In this document: one piece after another, positions 61,753-64,000 of the stretch
Position numbering within the stretch: the first letter of the stretch is position 1
Layout of the letters: each line of letters starts with the position of its first letter
NCBI GenBank assembly: GCA_905178155.1
Contig: CAJINV010000002.1
Location: forward strand, 7,222,743-7,286,742
Length of the DNA: 64,000 nucleotides
Origin: Amoebophrya sp. A120
Taxonomy: Eukaryota > Protista > Dinoflagellata
Direction of reading: 5' to 3'
Program-made: the position numbers and the translations under genes
Notes under the pieces: generated by a model
Seen by the model: only the letters and a program-made list of their open reading frames with translations
Told to the model about the DNA's origin: nothing
The model's database searches: none

Positions 61753-64000
61753 TTGTTCGTTGTAAAAACCAAAACGCGGAGAATCGACATGATGGAGACG
61801 ACCCTGAATGCCCGACAGTCCTTGCGCCCTGAGCTGAGGTGTGTAGGCGACACCAATCGAGCACGCCGACGCTGCTACGACGCAACGGCTACAGGGACAT
61901 CTCGCAGCTCCTCGATGGTGGTTGCGAAGCGAGACCGCGACTGCAGTTCTTGGGGTTCTGTTGTATCAAAAAGAACGACAAGAAGACTACTCGCTGTCGC
62001 TACGCTGAGCTGTGTTTCGATCATTAGTTCACATACGAGCGCGAGTTCGAGCCTCTACTTCTATGCCGCAGCGCTGCAAACAGGGGCTGAGGAGCACCAG
62101 GGGGGCAGCTTTGTAGGCTACGGCCAGCTCGTCAATCATGTGATCAATAATTATCCTGGCGCGCTGAGCAAGGCCGAACCGCGCGCCGCGGGACCGGCGT
62201 CCGGAATCGGCTCGATTCGCCCTCCCCCACCGACTCCGGCGGCTGGGCCGTTTCTTCTTACACACCCGCACGAACAGCCTCGCATTGCGCCGTTCCAGCT
62301 CAATGCGGCATCGTCACTCGCTCGCACCTCCAGCAGCGGTGGAACTTATGTGACAACCGGGGGGACGACCACAACTACAACACGCACACCTACTCCTACA
62401 CCCCGATTGATTCCCCCCCGCCGAAATAGCCTTGACACGACAAGAACACCTTTGGAGCAGGGTCGTGAAAGCTACCATGCGACGAGCAGTAGCCAACAGC
62501 GTGAGGTGCTGGTCGACCACGACCAAGATGAGACCCACAGCAGCGCTGGCACCACTCCCGCGCAGCCGTTGAGGAGATTACCTCCATCTTCGGCATTGTC
62601 ACCGACGCTACCACGCCCACCCGGGCCTGTTGTGCCTGTTTTTCCAACACCGGATCGCCACAATGTAGTTGTTACGGACGACGCATTATGGGCAGTGTTG
62701 ACAGGCCCGATTTCACACCGGCCTGGTACGAGTGCACCGGCCGAAATGAACGCGCACCAACAGGGCCGCCACATGAGAAACAGCCCGTTTTTCAGCAACT
62801 ACCCTTCCCACCCGGCCGGGGCGCAAGTGACGGACGACGAGGCTGGTACTGTTCTAGTTCTCGTGAGCATCGTGCTGAAGAGCAGACTGATTATCATGGT
62901 CAAGTTCTTGCAGTACACAGAGATATAGTCATCATGTTGAAGGAAAGAGTCTAGCTTTAGAGGAGGCGAGATAAAACATGTTGCCAGCACATGCCAATGC
63001 CTCAGTACTTCATCCCTAGACCCGCCACGGCGTCGCTTTCTCGGATCTCGATCTTCTTTTTAGGGCCACGCCACTAGGCTGTCAGCCCGCTGCTTCTGGA
63101 CCAGGCCGCTCTTTGATATTTACTGTTCCTTGTTCCTGACCAGAGCACAGGAGCAGGTTGCTCCTCCTAATTCTCGGCAACAAGACTTATTATATCATAC
63201 AAGCGAAAGTAGGACCGTTTTTTTTTTTTTCAGGCTCCCGCTTTTCGGTCTCATTCCAGGTACGAACGATGCGGCGCTTTTCGGTCTTAACTCGTCGCAT
63301 GGGCGACAAAATGGCGACACACTTACGAGATTGCAGCGGATAACGGGCGACCTGATGCAGGGACGTCGCGGGCTCGGATCCTCGACCACTACGGACCATG
63401 ATTATAATGATGAAAACTCCACGACTTCTGTGGTGGAGAGTCCTCCAGCACTGTCACCAGCGAACGTGATTCCCAGTAGCAGCTCCAGCACTGTCGCCAG
63501 CACTCGCACTCCACAAGCACCAGCGGCACCACGCCACCGAGACCCACAGCAGCGAAGCCCGTCCAGCTTGATACTCGATACTGAGTTCGACCCCACGAGC
63601 TTTCGTGGGCAGCAGGACCGTCAACACAGAAGCGGCGCGGGCAGGAGAAGCCGGTGGAGCAGGCTGGCTTCGTCGACGAGAAGTAGGACCAATTACGTTT
63701 CTCCCTTTGAAATGTTTGAGGCACATCTTCAAGCGGACGAAAGCGATGAAGATCAGCACGATGAAGACATTGATATCCTGCTGGAGGGCGGCGATGATTA
63801 TGATGTAATTCTTGGCCCCCCCGCGCCGTTGGATGATATCCACGGAGATGAAGGAGCTCCATCGACCCCTCCGGGATCCGGAACATTCGCGCCCGTGACG
63901 CGGGGAGGTTGGATCAGTCCGCCTCGCGCAGAGACAAGAAGAGCTACTTCATCCTACGTCGAGCTGCACCAGCAGCAGCCACAGCGCGTTCTTGTAAGTC
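61753..64000 (+). CDS. Orphan S/T/P-rich protein, probably spliced (GT 62846 to AG 63259) and running off the window
   Basis: 391-aa ORF with hydrophobic LLAVATLSCVSII; a second frame is open from 63260 to the window end and is phase-compatible. Confidence 0.45.

Noticed and set aside
1-64000. Autonomous transposase, rRNA, tRNA or CRISPR array
   Set aside because: No DDE, reverse-transcriptase or recombinase motifs and no RNA-gene or repeat-spacer patterns were recognised by eye.

Overview
Eukaryotic, gene-dense DNA in which every supportable gene lies on the + strand. Gene content and intron architecture suggest a syndinian dinoflagellate such as Amoebophrya (inference). Recognisable genes: a Cys-rich scramblase-like protein, a PhyH-type dioxygenase, three tandem CDC14 phosphatases, a PRMT, a UBE2W-like E2, a SKI2 helicase with a PDZ-like insert, and several orphan ORFs. 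The dominant signal is about 19 short (109-308 bp) non-autonomous elements inserted in exons. They have TAT...ATA termini, terminal inverted repeats (TIRs) and usually an exact 5-bp target-site duplication (TSD). Removing the element plus one TSD copy restores the reading frame and conserved motifs, yet no register gives GT-AG, so they behave as transposon-derived non-canonical introns (introners). They fall into several TIR families that share an internal TGT[C/G/A]ATGC motif. One family occurs in both orientations, and the CDC14 paralogues differ in which elements they carry. Some GT-AG introns retain decayed inverted repeats. Coordinates were read by eye, and splicing is inferred from frame restoration rather than observed.
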